A DNA stretch of 64,000 nucleotides from an uncultured Verrucomicrobiota bacterium (GTDB lineage: Bacteria; Verrucomicrobiota; Kiritimatiellia; CAIKKV01; CAITUY01), in the NCBI GenBank assembly GCA_964508705.1, contig CAZDUS010000001.1:80799-144798 (forward strand), written 5' to 3'. Shown in pieces: positions 48,345-57,135 of this stretch. Below the pieces are notes generated by a model that worked only from the letters and a program-made list of their open reading frames with translations, searched no databases and was not told where the DNA came from. Position numbers and translations under genes: made by a program. Each line of letters opens with the position of its first letter. Within the stretch, counting starts at the first letter, position 1.

Positions 48345-50171
48345 TCAATGCCCTGCTTTCAACGGAATAAATTCAAGTCGAGACAACCAAAGACGCGCGT
48401 CCCAACCTGTGACTCGTATTTCCACTTCCGTTTCTTTTCTCAACAATAATTCAACCTCACATTCCCGCAACATCCAGTCGGCATTCTCCACTGGCGGTAT
48501 TTCTTTCTCAACGATCACCGCTCCTTGCTCTTGGGCATTATGAAGGCTCAATACACCCCATTTACCCGATTTTGTTTTTCGTGGAGCCGCTGCTCGATAA
48601 TACAGCACGGCACGGTACACCCCGGGCGGCATAACTCTTGTTTTCCGGTAAACCAGTATTACCGGCGCAAGCGAAGCGTCACCTTCCCAATACCTTACCG
48701 GCCCGCAAGGGCTATCCATATCCCGCCCCGCTCGCGCCAGCGCGCTTACCATCCAGAACGGCGCGCGCCGGACCTTATCCAAGGCCTCACGATTTGCCGA
48801 CGTATCATATCCACGCTCCAACACAACAAAGAGATCATCAAGATACCTTACCCCAACACGACCATCCCGGAGTTCATCCAGCAACCGCCCGTCCATCCGT
48901 CGAGGCAAATCCTGCAGTCGCATCCAAATCACATCATACCTGTCCCGCGACTCGACGTAGGCATCCCAATCCCAGACCCGTTGGCGATTGCCGACCATTC
49001 CGCACAAATCGGTATCGGTCAAGACGGCCTTATCTTTCGGAATACACTGGGACACCCGGAAGGCAATCTGATGCATGGGGGACGGTCGCTGATAACAACG
49101 CTTTGAACCGCCCCCCTGCAAAATATAACCCCGATTCATGAAATGAACCATAAGCGTTACGATTACTGATGCCACCGCCGCTATCCATACCCGCCTTGCC
49201 GACTGTCGCCTTTCTTGGGGTTCGCGCCACGCCTCCATAATAACAAGCGGCAAAACCGTCATCACCGGTGCCGCATAGATAGCCCACAAACGCTGCTGAT
49301 TCGCATAGACACTCAACAACGCTGGCGCCAGCCCTCCCAGTAACATCAGAGCCGGTCGCCAAATACGCTTGAATGGAGCAAGCGCCACCAAGGGAAGAAG
49401 CGTCAACCATAGACCTTCCAGTCGTCGCAGCACCGCGCCTTGAGTAACCTCTGGTGCACCAATGTAATTCGCGCGCCGGGAAAAAAAGGATATCTCGTTA
49501 ATCCACGGATATATGCAGAATATCGCCGCTACCCCATATCCCACTGCCGCCGCCGCATAAAGGTAACCCGCCCGCCACCCTTGCTGATAGGCCATCACGG
49601 CCAAAACGGGCGCAACCACCAGAAACGCATCCTCCCGTAATCCCAGCAAGAGAGCCATCGGAATAATCGTCATCCCGCGCCGTCGGCGGCAACACTCATA
49701 TAACCATGGTAACAGTAGAAAATAGGGTCCCACCGTGTGAAACTCGCTCAGCATCACGCCTTGTGTAAACGGGTACCCGATAAAGAAAAACACAAGGCTC
49801 GCCTTCACCGGCAACGGCATTTCATTCCGTGAAGCACTTACCCACAACAGCGCCCCGCCAGAAACCAACATCACCCACTGCAAAAGCGACAACAAAAAAG
49901 GGTGATCCCACAAACGAAACAATGGGCCCAGTAGCGCTAAAGAGAACGACAAATGCGTATAAAGATAGTTTTCACCAGTCTCAAACTGAAAAAGCCTTCC
50001 TTGCCCGGAATTCCATATCATGGACGTATAGCGTGCATAATCCGCTAGAACAAATTTTCCAGACAGAAAAGCGTTGATACACCCGTTTAATATCCCAAAA
50101 GCAGCCACCCCGGTCAGTGCGATCACACAAGCGATCCACAATACGCCCATCATTTCGTAACACTTCTTCAT
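48345..50171 (-). CDS. DUF2079-like polytopic membrane protein (putative GT-C-type glycosyltransferase) with soluble C-terminal domain
   Basis: The N-terminal pattern ADYARYTSMIWNSGQGRLF...YTHLSFSLALLGPLF fits DUF2079. It has about 11 TM helices followed by about 250 soluble residues. The start is taken at ATG 50171; the tracked TTG is at 50177. Confidence 0.7.
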   Translation of the reverse strand: MKKCYEMMGVLWIACVIALTGVAAFGILNGCINAFLSGKFVLADYARYTSMIWNSGQGRLFQFETGENYLYTHLSFSLALLGPLFRLWDHPFLLSLLQWVMLVSGGALLWVSASRNEMPLPVKASLVFFFIGYPFTQGVMLSEFHTVGPYFLLLPWLYECCRRRRGMTIIPMALLLGLREDAFLVVAPVLAVMAYQQGWRAGYLYAAAAVGYGVAAIFCIYPWINEISFFSRRANYIGAPEVTQGAVLRRLEGLWLTLLPLVALAPFKRIWRPALMLLGGLAPALLSVYANQQRLWAIYAAPVMTVLPLVIMEAWREPQERRQSARRVWIAAVASVIVTLMVHFMNRGYILQGGGSKRCYQRPSPMHQIAFRVSQCIPKDKAVLTDTDLCGMVGNRQRVWDWDAYVESRDRYDVIWMRLQDLPRRMDGRLLDELRDGRVGVRYLDDLFVVLERGYDTSANREALDKVRRAPFWMVSALARAGRDMDSPCGPVRYWEGDASLAPVILVYRKTRVMPPGVYRAVLYYRAAAPRKTKSGKWGVLSLHNAQEQGAVIVEKEIPPVENADWMLRECEVELLLRKETEVEIRVTGWDARLWLSRLEFIPLKAGH

Positions 50172-50247
50172 ACTCAAAAATCCGCCAACCCGGCGAGAAG
50201 CAATCCAATAGCTACTTTTTGCATCATCTCATTTGATACGGCAGCAT

Positions 50248-51045
50248 TCACGCTCGCGGTTTACCACGTCGCAGTGCAACGCTTGGTTGCGCGGTCTCTT
50301 CGATCCACCTCAAACACTCGTTGGACCAATCGAAAGGCGTTCCGAGGCCAAGCCCATGCCTCCCCTTGTGATAGATGTGCAGCTCAAAGGGTATGCTATG
50401 TTTCCGCAGGGCGGTCGCAAACATAATGCTGTTCTCGAGGGGCACCGTAGCGTCTTCTCCCGTGTGCCAGAGAAAACACGGCGGAGTCTCTGCGGAGACA
50501 TGTTTGTGGCATGAAAGCTCATCAAGTAGCTCCGGAGCTGGATGCTCCCCGGCGAGATTGCGTATGGAGCCTTCGTGAGCATGTGGGCCGCAGGACGCGA
50601 TCACAGGATAGCATAGAACGCCAAAACTTGGTCGCAAAGGAATCTTGCTCTCGTATCGTTGCCACGCAACAAGTGTGTGCGCGGCCAAATGGCCACCCGC
50701 CGAAGATCCCATGACACCCAGCTTGGAGGGGTCAACTGCAAACTCTGCAGAGCGAGACCTCACCACAGAAATAGCAGCAAGGGCATCTTCCAACATCTCC
50801 GGATGGCGGTGGCCTTCTGAACCAAGCCTGTACTTCACGACAAAGCAGGCAATACCGGCACTGCAGAGAAACTGGGCATAACCCTCTCCCTCGTGTGCAG
50901 CCAAGCGTCCATAACCACCCCCTGGGAAGATGAGAACGCCAACCCCGCTGGGATCACTCTCTGGCAGCCAGCATTCGATTTGCGGTGACGGGTTTGTTCT
51001 GCCTGAATCCAGTACCCCTCGTATTGTGTTCATTTTCTCCTGCAC
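50248..51045 (-). CDS. Alpha/beta hydrolase (carbohydrate/acetyl esterase-like)
   Basis: Supporting motifs are FPGGGY, GSSAGGHLA (nucleophile elbow), and a late His in HKGRHGLG. The start is GTG 51045 or ATG 51033. Confidence 0.85.
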   Translation of the reverse strand: MQEKMNTIRGVLDSGRTNPSPQIECWLPESDPSGVGVLIFPGGGYGRLAAHEGEGYAQFLCSAGIACFVVKYRLGSEGHRHPEMLEDALAAISVVRSRSAEFAVDPSKLGVMGSSAGGHLAAHTLVAWQRYESKIPLRPSFGVLCYPVIASCGPHAHEGSIRNLAGEHPAPELLDELSCHKHVSAETPPCFLWHTGEDATVPLENSIMFATALRKHSIPFELHIYHKGRHGLGLGTPFDWSNECLRWIEETAQPSVALRRGKPRA

Positions 51046-51130
51046 AACAATTCTATACGTAACGCGTTACATTTCCTCGCGGCTATGGTTTACGCTTTAG
51101 CGATTAAATCACGGATTACCCCTTCCTAGC

Positions 51131-51331
51131 GGCAAAAGCATCTAAATCGCTCCTCTTTCTCCCGTATGGGCTCCGAAGAACCGTTGCGGCATTTTTAATT
51201 CGGGTACTCCTGAATTAAAAATGCCGCAACATTCCCTTCTTCCCTGCCGCGATTCTCCGTGCCTCGGTGCCTCTAGCCGTACTCGGCGGGTGGTAAATCT
51301 CCCCGTATCTTTCAATTTTAGATGCGTTTGC
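51131..51331. repeat. About 200-bp segment bounded by 16-nt inverted repeats (GCAAA[A/C]GCATCTAAA) with an internal perfect hairpin; MITE-like?
   Basis: The left arm is at 51131-51146. The right arm, read as reverse complement, is at 51316-51331. 14 of 16 positions match. A third copy of the 15-mer is at 57173-57187. Confidence 0.3.
51183..51230 (-). terminator. Perfect 19-bp-stem hairpin downstream of rpiB-glyA
   Basis: GTTGCGGCATTTTTAATTC, a 10-nt loop, then GAATTAAAAATGCCGCAAC. No clear U-tract follows. Confidence 0.5.
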
Positions 51332-51345
51332 TCTGCCCCACTCCC

Positions 51346-53028
51346 TCACGGGATCGGGAATCTCAGCGCCAGCGCCTGCACTTCGCAGCGGGTCTTCTCC
51401 AGCCGCTTCTCATCACCCTGATGCTTGACCGCATCCACAATCCACTGCCCCAACAACGTCATCTCGGCATCCTTCAAGCCCCGCGTGGTCACCGCAGGCG
51501 TCCCGATCCGAATCCCCGACGTCACCGCCGGCGGCTTGGTGTCAAACGGAATCGCGTTCTTGTTGACCACAATCCCCGCCTTCTCCAGCGCCGTCGAAGC
51601 ATCCTTGCCTGTACTGCCAATGCCGGTCAAATCCACCAGCATCAAATGATTCTCCGTACCGCCCGACACAATCCGCATTCCATGCTTGGAAAGATAATCA
51701 GCCAGCAATCGCGCATTCGTCACCACTTGCTTCTGGTATTTCTTGAACTCCGGCGTGGCGGCTTCCTTGAAGCACACCGCCTTGGCGGCGATAGTATGCA
51801 TCAGCGGACCGCCCTGCAATCCGGGGAACACCTGCTTGTCAATATCCTGCGCATAGGCAGCGCGGCACAGGATCATTCCACTCCGCGGCCCGCGCAATGT
51901 CTTGTGTGTAGTGGTCGTCACAAAATCACTGTAGGGAACAGGATTCGGATGCACACCGGCGGCAACCAATCCGGCAATGTGCGCCATATCAACCAGTAAT
52001 TTCGCGCCAACGCTGTCGGCGATCCTGCGCAACCGCTCAAAATCCAGAACCCGCGGATAGGCGCTCGCCCCGGCCACCAGCATCTTCGGATTGTGTTGTT
52101 TCGCCAGCGCCTCCACTTCATCGTAATCAATCAACTCCGTCTTCTGGTTGACCCCGTAGGAGACAAAGTTGAATAACCGCCCCGAGAAATTCACCTTATG
52201 CCCGTGCGTCAGATGTCCGCCGTGCGCCAGACTCATCGCCAGCACCGTATCGCCGGGCTTCAGCATCGCGAAATACACCGCCATATTGGCAGAGCTTCCG
52301 CAATGTGGCTGGACATTGACGTGATCCGCGCCAAACAGCGCCTTGGCCCGGTCAATCGCCAATCGCTCCACCACGTCCACAAATTCACAGCCATTGTAAT
52401 AACGCTTACCCGGATAGCCTTCCGCATACTTGTTCGTCATCAGCGAACCCTGCGCCTCACGCACTGCGCGGCTGGCATAGTTCTCGGAGGCAATCAGGTC
52501 GAGCGTCTTCATTTCCCGATCTTCCTCGCCGCGGAGCGCCTCATAGGTCTCCCGATCCACCAGTCCGACCGTCGCCATCTCCACCGCCGCGCCGCCCATG
52601 GTACCCATCTTGTCCACGCGCCGTTGATGCCGCGCTTCTCCTATGAACTTGGCTTCAAGCCACGCTTTGACAATCTCCTCCACCTTCCCCGTGGCGCTGA
52701 TATCGCTACCCAACACAAGCACATTGGCGTTGTTGTGCACCCGCGCGGCCTGCCCCATGTCCGGCGTTAAACACAGCGCCGCACGCACTCGCGGAAACTT
52801 GTTCGCCGATATGCTCATCCCGATCCCGGTCCGGCAAATCAGGATCCCCTGATCCACCAGCCCTTCGGACACCATAACCGCAACCGTGCGGGCATAGTCG
52901 GGATAATCCACCGCATCGCTGCTGTAACAGCCCACATCCTCCACGGTCACACCGCGCCCTTTCAGCCATGCCGCCAATTTCGCCTTCAACTCAAATCCGC
53001 CGTGATCCGCACCAATCGCTATGTTCAT
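51346..53028 (-). CDS. glyA: Fusion of ribose-5-phosphate isomerase B with serine hydroxymethyltransferase
   Basis: Single 560-codon ORF. The first about 148 aa are RpiB ([22 protein letters not shown]). The remainder is SHMT ([19 protein letters not shown] with the PLP lysine). Confidence 0.9.
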   Translation of the reverse strand: MNIAIGADHGGFELKAKLAAWLKGRGVTVEDVGCYSSDAVDYPDYARTVAVMVSEGLVDQGILICRTGIGMSISANKFPRVRAALCLTPDMGQAARVHNNANVLVLGSDISATGKVEEIVKAWLEAKFIGEARHQRRVDKMGTMGGAAVEMATVGLVDRETYEALRGEEDREMKTLDLIASENYASRAVREAQGSLMTNKYAEGYPGKRYYNGCEFVDVVERLAIDRAKALFGADHVNVQPHCGSSANMAVYFAMLKPGDTVLAMSLAHGGHLTHGHKVNFSGRLFNFVSYGVNQKTELIDYDEVEALAKQHNPKMLVAGASAYPRVLDFERLRRIADSVGAKLLVDMAHIAGLVAAGVHPNPVPYSDFVTTTTHKTLRGPRSGMILCRAAYAQDIDKQVFPGLQGGPLMHTIAAKAVCFKEAATPEFKKYQKQVVTNARLLADYLSKHGMRIVSGGTENHLMLVDLTGIGSTGKDASTALEKAGIVVNKNAIPFDTKPPAVTSGIRIGTPAVTTRGLKDAEMTLLGQWIVDAVKHQGDEKRLEKTRCEVQALALRFPIP

Positions 53029-53046
53029 AGTCTTCTTTCCTCTGTG

Positions 53047-54108
53047 TTATTGAAGTAATTCGTGTAAATGCAAAACCAAGTCCGGCATCGCCGCATTCAT
53101 CTCGTCGCGAATGGCCCGGTATACATCCAGCGACATCCCAATGGGATCTTCCACATCCTGATTCCGCCGCGCCCCATTGAACGCATTCAACATAACCACC
53201 TTGTTCTTTACTTTCGGAAATCGCTCAAGGATGACCCGTCGATGGGATTGCGTCATTACCACAATCAAATCGGCAGCGTCAACCAACACACGGGTCAACT
53301 GCTGACTGCGATGCCCCGACGCATCCATGCCTTCCTCCTCCAAAGCGTCCACAGCCGCCTCGCTGGCAGGCATTCCATCAAACGTCGCCACCCCGGCCGA
53401 GGCGACCTCCCAGGACGTATCCGCGCCAAGCCACCGTCGCAACAGATATTCAGCCATCGGGCTCCGACACACGTTGCCGGTACATACAAACAACACCGTG
53501 GGCCGCGCCAAAATTTGATCCGCCGGGATCGCGCCTTTCCTCAACACCCGCAACTTCTTGCCCGTCGCATCCACTACCGTGCTTTCCTGCGCAAGCCCCG
53601 CAGGCCCCGCATCGAGCACCAATCCCACGCGGTCGCCCAGCGCCGCCGAAGCCGTCGCCGCATCCACCGCCGCCGGTTCACCACTCACGTTCGCGCTCGT
53701 CACCCGCAACACGCCACCCGACGCCTTGAGCAACGCCTGTGTCACCGCGTGATCCGGCACCCGGAATCCCTCTGTCCGGTCGCCGCACGGCAATACCAGC
53801 GTCAGGGGCCCCGGCCAATATCGCCGCGCAAGTCTCCGCGCCAGCGGTGAGAGTGTCGCCCCGTGATGCTTCACCGCGTCAAGACTGGTCGCCATCAAGG
53901 GAATCGGCTTCCCGCGATCGCGCGTCTTGGCCTCATAGATCCTTTCCTCCGCTCCATCCACCTGGGGATCAGCGGCAAGGCCGTACACCGTTTCGGTCGG
54001 CACAATGACCAACCCGCCGGCCCGCAAAACCTTGACGGCATGCTTGATGGCCGCAGGCTCCGGATGCGCGGCATCCACCGGAACAATGATGGGTTTATTG
54101 TTTGTCAT
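53047..54108 (-). CDS. Fusion of a YrdC/YwlC-type threonylcarbamoyl-AMP synthase domain with a low-molecular-weight phosphatase (YwlE-like)
   Basis: aa 1-205 form a YrdC domain (VIVPTETVYGLAAD, YWPGPLTLVL, TSANVSG). From aa 203 the sequence reads PTVLFVCTGNVCRSPMAE, containing the C(X)5R P-loop (Cys209 to Arg215). Confidence 0.88.
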   Translation of the reverse strand: MTNNKPIIVPVDAAHPEPAAIKHAVKVLRAGGLVIVPTETVYGLAADPQVDGAEERIYEAKTRDRGKPIPLMATSLDAVKHHGATLSPLARRLARRYWPGPLTLVLPCGDRTEGFRVPDHAVTQALLKASGGVLRVTSANVSGEPAAVDAATASAALGDRVGLVLDAGPAGLAQESTVVDATGKKLRVLRKGAIPADQILARPTVLFVCTGNVCRSPMAEYLLRRWLGADTSWEVASAGVATFDGMPASEAAVDALEEEGMDASGHRSQQLTRVLVDAADLIVVMTQSHRRVILERFPKVKNKVVMLNAFNGARRNQDVEDPIGMSLDVYRAIRDEMNAAMPDLVLHLHELLQ

Positions 54109-55051
54109 GGTCAGTCAATGCCCGTAATGCCAGAAGAATATCCGTGCCCCGTCTCAAGACCGGGTCACCATCCACCCTCATCATCAAGTCCCGGTCCTCC
54201 ACCGACTTCGCGCTGAGAGGGCGTCCCGCATGATACTTCAACGGCGTAGGGCCACCACCATGCTGATCCACCACAACGTCCGGCCTCACCCCCTTCGCCT
54301 CGTACACTCCCGAACGCGCAGGCACGATCCGTTTCGTGGCAATGTAAAGAAACCGGCCATCCGGCAGTGGCAGTAGATCGCGGATACAGGCATCCCCGCG
54401 CGTGGGCTCGCCAATCAACATGATCCCGGGCTTGCCGCTCCACAAGGCCGCCAGCGTTTCAGCCGCGCAGCGCGTATCCCGATCAATCAACACCATCACC
54501 GGCGCACGCACCGGGGCCCCCTCGCCCGACCGTCTCGTCTCCAACACCTCGCCCGCGCGGTTCTCAATCCGGAACAACTCCTCGCTCGGCTCATAATAAG
54601 GACTCGCCAACTCAACCACCGCCTCCATGTCGTTCCCGTCAGTACCCCGCAAATCAACGATCACTCCCGCGCCATCCGTCAGCGTCCGCAAATGCGCCAT
54701 CAACTCCTGCCCGCCATTCCGAAACAGCCCCTTGATTTTCAAATAGGCAAGACTCTCCGGCCACGACTCGAACATCGCCACCGATCCCACCTGATTCGTC
54801 ACGCCCGCCTGTCCCGCCCCGGTCCACTGCTCACGGATAAGCGCCGCCTCTTCAGCCGTGCAAATTCTGGCCTCGGGATCAATCGACCTCACCATTCCGC
54901 CGATCGCCCCCTCGACCGCCGAGGTCGCTCCTCCCGACAAGCCCTTCTCCTCCAGAAAGTTCATCATCTCCGGAACACTCAACGCCGCCATGGCGCGAGA
55001 GACGGAACACAATATGAGCCCCACAAGGACAAACAACCCCGTGCGCCTCAT
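54095..55051 (-). CDS. Exported S41-peptidase-like protein, probably lacking the catalytic Lys
   Basis: The start is at ATG 55051 (signal peptide MRRTGLFVLVGLILCSVSRAMA). S41-like blocks are VIVDLRGTDGN and VMVLIDRDTRCAAETLA...LIGEPTRGD. The canonical sequences here are GSASASE and TFGKG. Confidence 0.6.
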   Translation of the reverse strand: MRRTGLFVLVGLILCSVSRAMAALSVPEMMNFLEEKGLSGGATSAVEGAIGGMVRSIDPEARICTAEEAALIREQWTGAGQAGVTNQVGSVAMFESWPESLAYLKIKGLFRNGGQELMAHLRTLTDGAGVIVDLRGTDGNDMEAVVELASPYYEPSEELFRIENRAGEVLETRRSGEGAPVRAPVMVLIDRDTRCAAETLAALWSGKPGIMLIGEPTRGDACIRDLLPLPDGRFLYIATKRIVPARSGVYEAKGVRPDVVVDQHGGGPTPLKYHAGRPLSAKSVEDRDLMMRVDGDPVLRRGTDILLALRALTDHDKQ

Positions 55052-55076
55052 TCGCCCGGTCGTGCCTATTTTCCTA

Positions 55077-55114
55077 TTCTGGATTCTGGATTCTGAATTC
55101 TGAATTCTGGATTC
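55077..55114. repeat. Tandem heptamer (TTCTGGA TTCTGGA TTCTGAA TTCTGAA TTCTGGA) between purE and the S41-like gene
   Basis: Five exact-period copies, read directly. The tracked ORF translates this as ESRIQNSESRIQN. Confidence 0.8.
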
Positions 55115-55119
55115 CACAA

Positions 55120-55650
55120 TCAACCTTTTTTCTTCGCCACTTCGGCTTGAATCCGCGCGTTGCCCGCTTTGACTTTATCGCCCAGTGTTTTCTTGTGCTG
55201 AAGCAGTTTTTTGACCAGCGCCGGATTATTCAACGCCAGAATCTGAACCGCCAGCAAAGCCGCGTTCGTGGCGCCACTCTTACCAACCGCAACCGTCGCC
55301 ACGGGAATCCCCGCCGGCATCTGCACGGTGGACAACAATGAATCCATCCCGCCCATCAGGTTGCTGGTGACAGGAATTCCAATCACAGGAAGCGTTGTGT
55401 GCGCCGCAATAACGCCCGCCAGATGCGCCGCTCCACCCGCCGCCGCCATAATCACCTTTAGCCCGCGCCCCGCCGCCTGCTTGGCAAACGACATCGCCAG
55501 TTCAGGGGTCCGATGCGCCGACATCACACGCACTTCGCACTCGACCTCAAACTTGGCCAGAACGCCAACCGCATCCTCCAGTAACGGCCAGTCAGAATCA
55601 CTTCCCATCACTAATGCCACTTCAGTCTTCTTCACAGATGTTTTCTTCAT
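55120..55650 (-). CDS. purE: N5-carboxyaminoimidazole ribonucleotide mutase
   Basis: The start is at ATG 55650 (MKKTSVKKTEVALVMGSDSDW). The SAHRTP motif is present. Confidence 0.92.
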   Translation of the reverse strand: MKKTSVKKTEVALVMGSDSDWPLLEDAVGVLAKFEVECEVRVMSAHRTPELAMSFAKQAAGRGLKVIMAAAGGAAHLAGVIAAHTTLPVIGIPVTSNLMGGMDSLLSTVQMPAGIPVATVAVGKSGATNAALLAVQILALNNPALVKKLLQHKKTLGDKVKAGNARIQAEVAKKKG

Positions 55651-55824
55651 TCGTTCGATCTCCTGTTTTAATTCAGTTCCTGAATTCAATTTCTGTGTCA
55701 CGTCCTGATTTCTGTTTGACCATTTTTGCTACTGTCATGCTGAGCCTGCCGAAGCATCTCAATTCCTCTCCTCACGCGAGATCCCTCGACTACTCTCGGG
55801 ATGACACTGAACCCCATCCCCCCC

Positions 55825-57099
55825 CTATTCCCTTCCAAACGCCTTTGCCGCAATATCCGTGCGGTAAATAGCGCCATCGAAATCAATCTTGGTCACTGCC
55901 TCATAAGCCTGATCCACAGCTTCCTTCAACCCATTACCCAGCGCCGTCACGCCCAGCACACGTCCCCCCGCCGTCAACACCCGCCCATCGCGCAATGCCG
56001 TCCCGGCATGGAACACCACCGACTGCTTGACCTCTGCCGCTTCCTTCAATCCACGGATTTCATCACCCTTCCGATAGGTGCCGGGATATCCGCCCGCCGC
56101 CATAACCACGCATACGCACGCTTCAGGACGCCAGGATACCATCTCCGGCGTCAACGTACCGTCTGCGCACGCTTCCAGCGCCGGAATGAGATCACCAGCC
56201 AGACGCGGCAGGATCACCTGCGTCTCGGGATCACCAAACCGGCAATTAAACTCCAACACCTTGGGGCCCCGCTTCGTCATCATCAGCCCCGCATAAAGCA
56301 CGCCCTTGTAGCAAATACCGCGCCGCTCAAGTTCGGCCAGTGTCGGCATGAACACCATGCGCTCAATATCCGGGAACATTTCCGGAGTGACCACCGGCGC
56401 CGGGGAATAGGCGCCCATCCCGCCCGTATTGGGTCCCTTGTCCTGATCGAACACCCGCTTATGATCCTGCGCCGAGGCCAGCATCACCACGCGCTTCCCA
56501 TCGGTCAGCGCCAGAATGGATGCCTCCTCGCCATCAAGAAATTCCTCCACCAGGATACGCCCCCCGGCTTCTCCAAAGGCGCGGGTGACCAGCGACTCAC
56601 GCACCGCCCACTCGGCCTCTTCCACTGTCGTGCAAACGGTCACCCCTTTACCCGCCGCCAGCCCCTCGGCCTTGATCACCAGTGGCGCGCCTATGGATCG
56701 CACAAAGTCCAACGCCAGCGCGGCATCTGTAAAGTAACTCGCTTTTGCCGTCGGCACTCCCGCTGCCACCATGACATCCTTGGCAAAGACCTTGCTACCC
56801 TCAAGTTGCGCCGCCGCCTGGGAAGGTCCAAACACTTTCAGCCCCTCTCTTTCCAGAATATCCACCACTCCAGCGCACAGGGGCGCTTCGGGGCCCACCA
56901 CCGTCAAGTCAGGTCTGTTTTCGCGGGCCCAGTTCAAGAGCGCCGGCAGATCCTCGGAGCCAATCGGCAAATTAGTCGCCAACTCCGCCGTACCGGCATT
57001 CCCCGGCGCACAATAAACCCGCGGACGACGGCTGTCGTTCACGAGTTTCCACACGAGGGCATGTTCGCGGCCCCCTCCGCCAATAACCAATATATTCAT
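55825..57099 (-). CDS. purD: Phosphoribosylamine-glycine ligase
   Basis: The start is at ATG 57099 (MNILVIGGGGREHAL). The ATP-grasp pattern runs throughout. Confidence 0.95.
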   Translation of the reverse strand: MNILVIGGGGREHALVWKLVNDSRRPRVYCAPGNAGTAELATNLPIGSEDLPALLNWARENRPDLTVVGPEAPLCAGVVDILEREGLKVFGPSQAAAQLEGSKVFAKDVMVAAGVPTAKASYFTDAALALDFVRSIGAPLVIKAEGLAAGKGVTVCTTVEEAEWAVRESLVTRAFGEAGGRILVEEFLDGEEASILALTDGKRVVMLASAQDHKRVFDQDKGPNTGGMGAYSPAPVVTPEMFPDIERMVFMPTLAELERRGICYKGVLYAGLMMTKRGPKVLEFNCRFGDPETQVILPRLAGDLIPALEACADGTLTPEMVSWRPEACVCVVMAAGGYPGTYRKGDEIRGLKEAAEVKQSVVFHAGTALRDGRVLTAGGRVLGVTALGNGLKEAVDQAYEAVTKIDFDGAIYRTDIAAKAFGRE

Positions 57100-57107
57100 G
57101 GCGGAAA

Positions 57108-57135
57108 AGGATACCCGAACACTGGACGTAGTCAA
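57108..57135 (-). promoter_or_regulatory. Candidate purD promoter (TTGACT-16 nt-TATCCT on the minus strand)
   Basis: The minus strand reads TTGACTACGTCCAGTGTTCGGGTATCCT, ending 8 nt before the purD ATG. No Shine-Dalgarno sequence follows, which would imply a very short leader. Confidence 0.3.

Noticed and set aside
51059-51070. 12-bp perfect palindrome GTAACGCGTTAC just upstream of the alpha/beta hydrolase start, considered as an operator
   Set aside because: It is a single occurrence with no adjacent regulator gene, and a palindrome this short could arise by chance. It is noted but not called.
55077-55114. Heptad arrays (this one and those at 14438-14602) as a possible CRISPR array or miniature CRISPR
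   Set aside because: The repeat unit is only 7 nt and has no unique spacers. There are no cas genes, and the arrays are under 50 nt long.
55052-55123. N-terminal extension MIVESRIQNSESRIQN of the S41-like ORF
   Set aside because: It is merely the translation of the tandem heptamer. A proper signal peptide begins at the internal ATG 55051.
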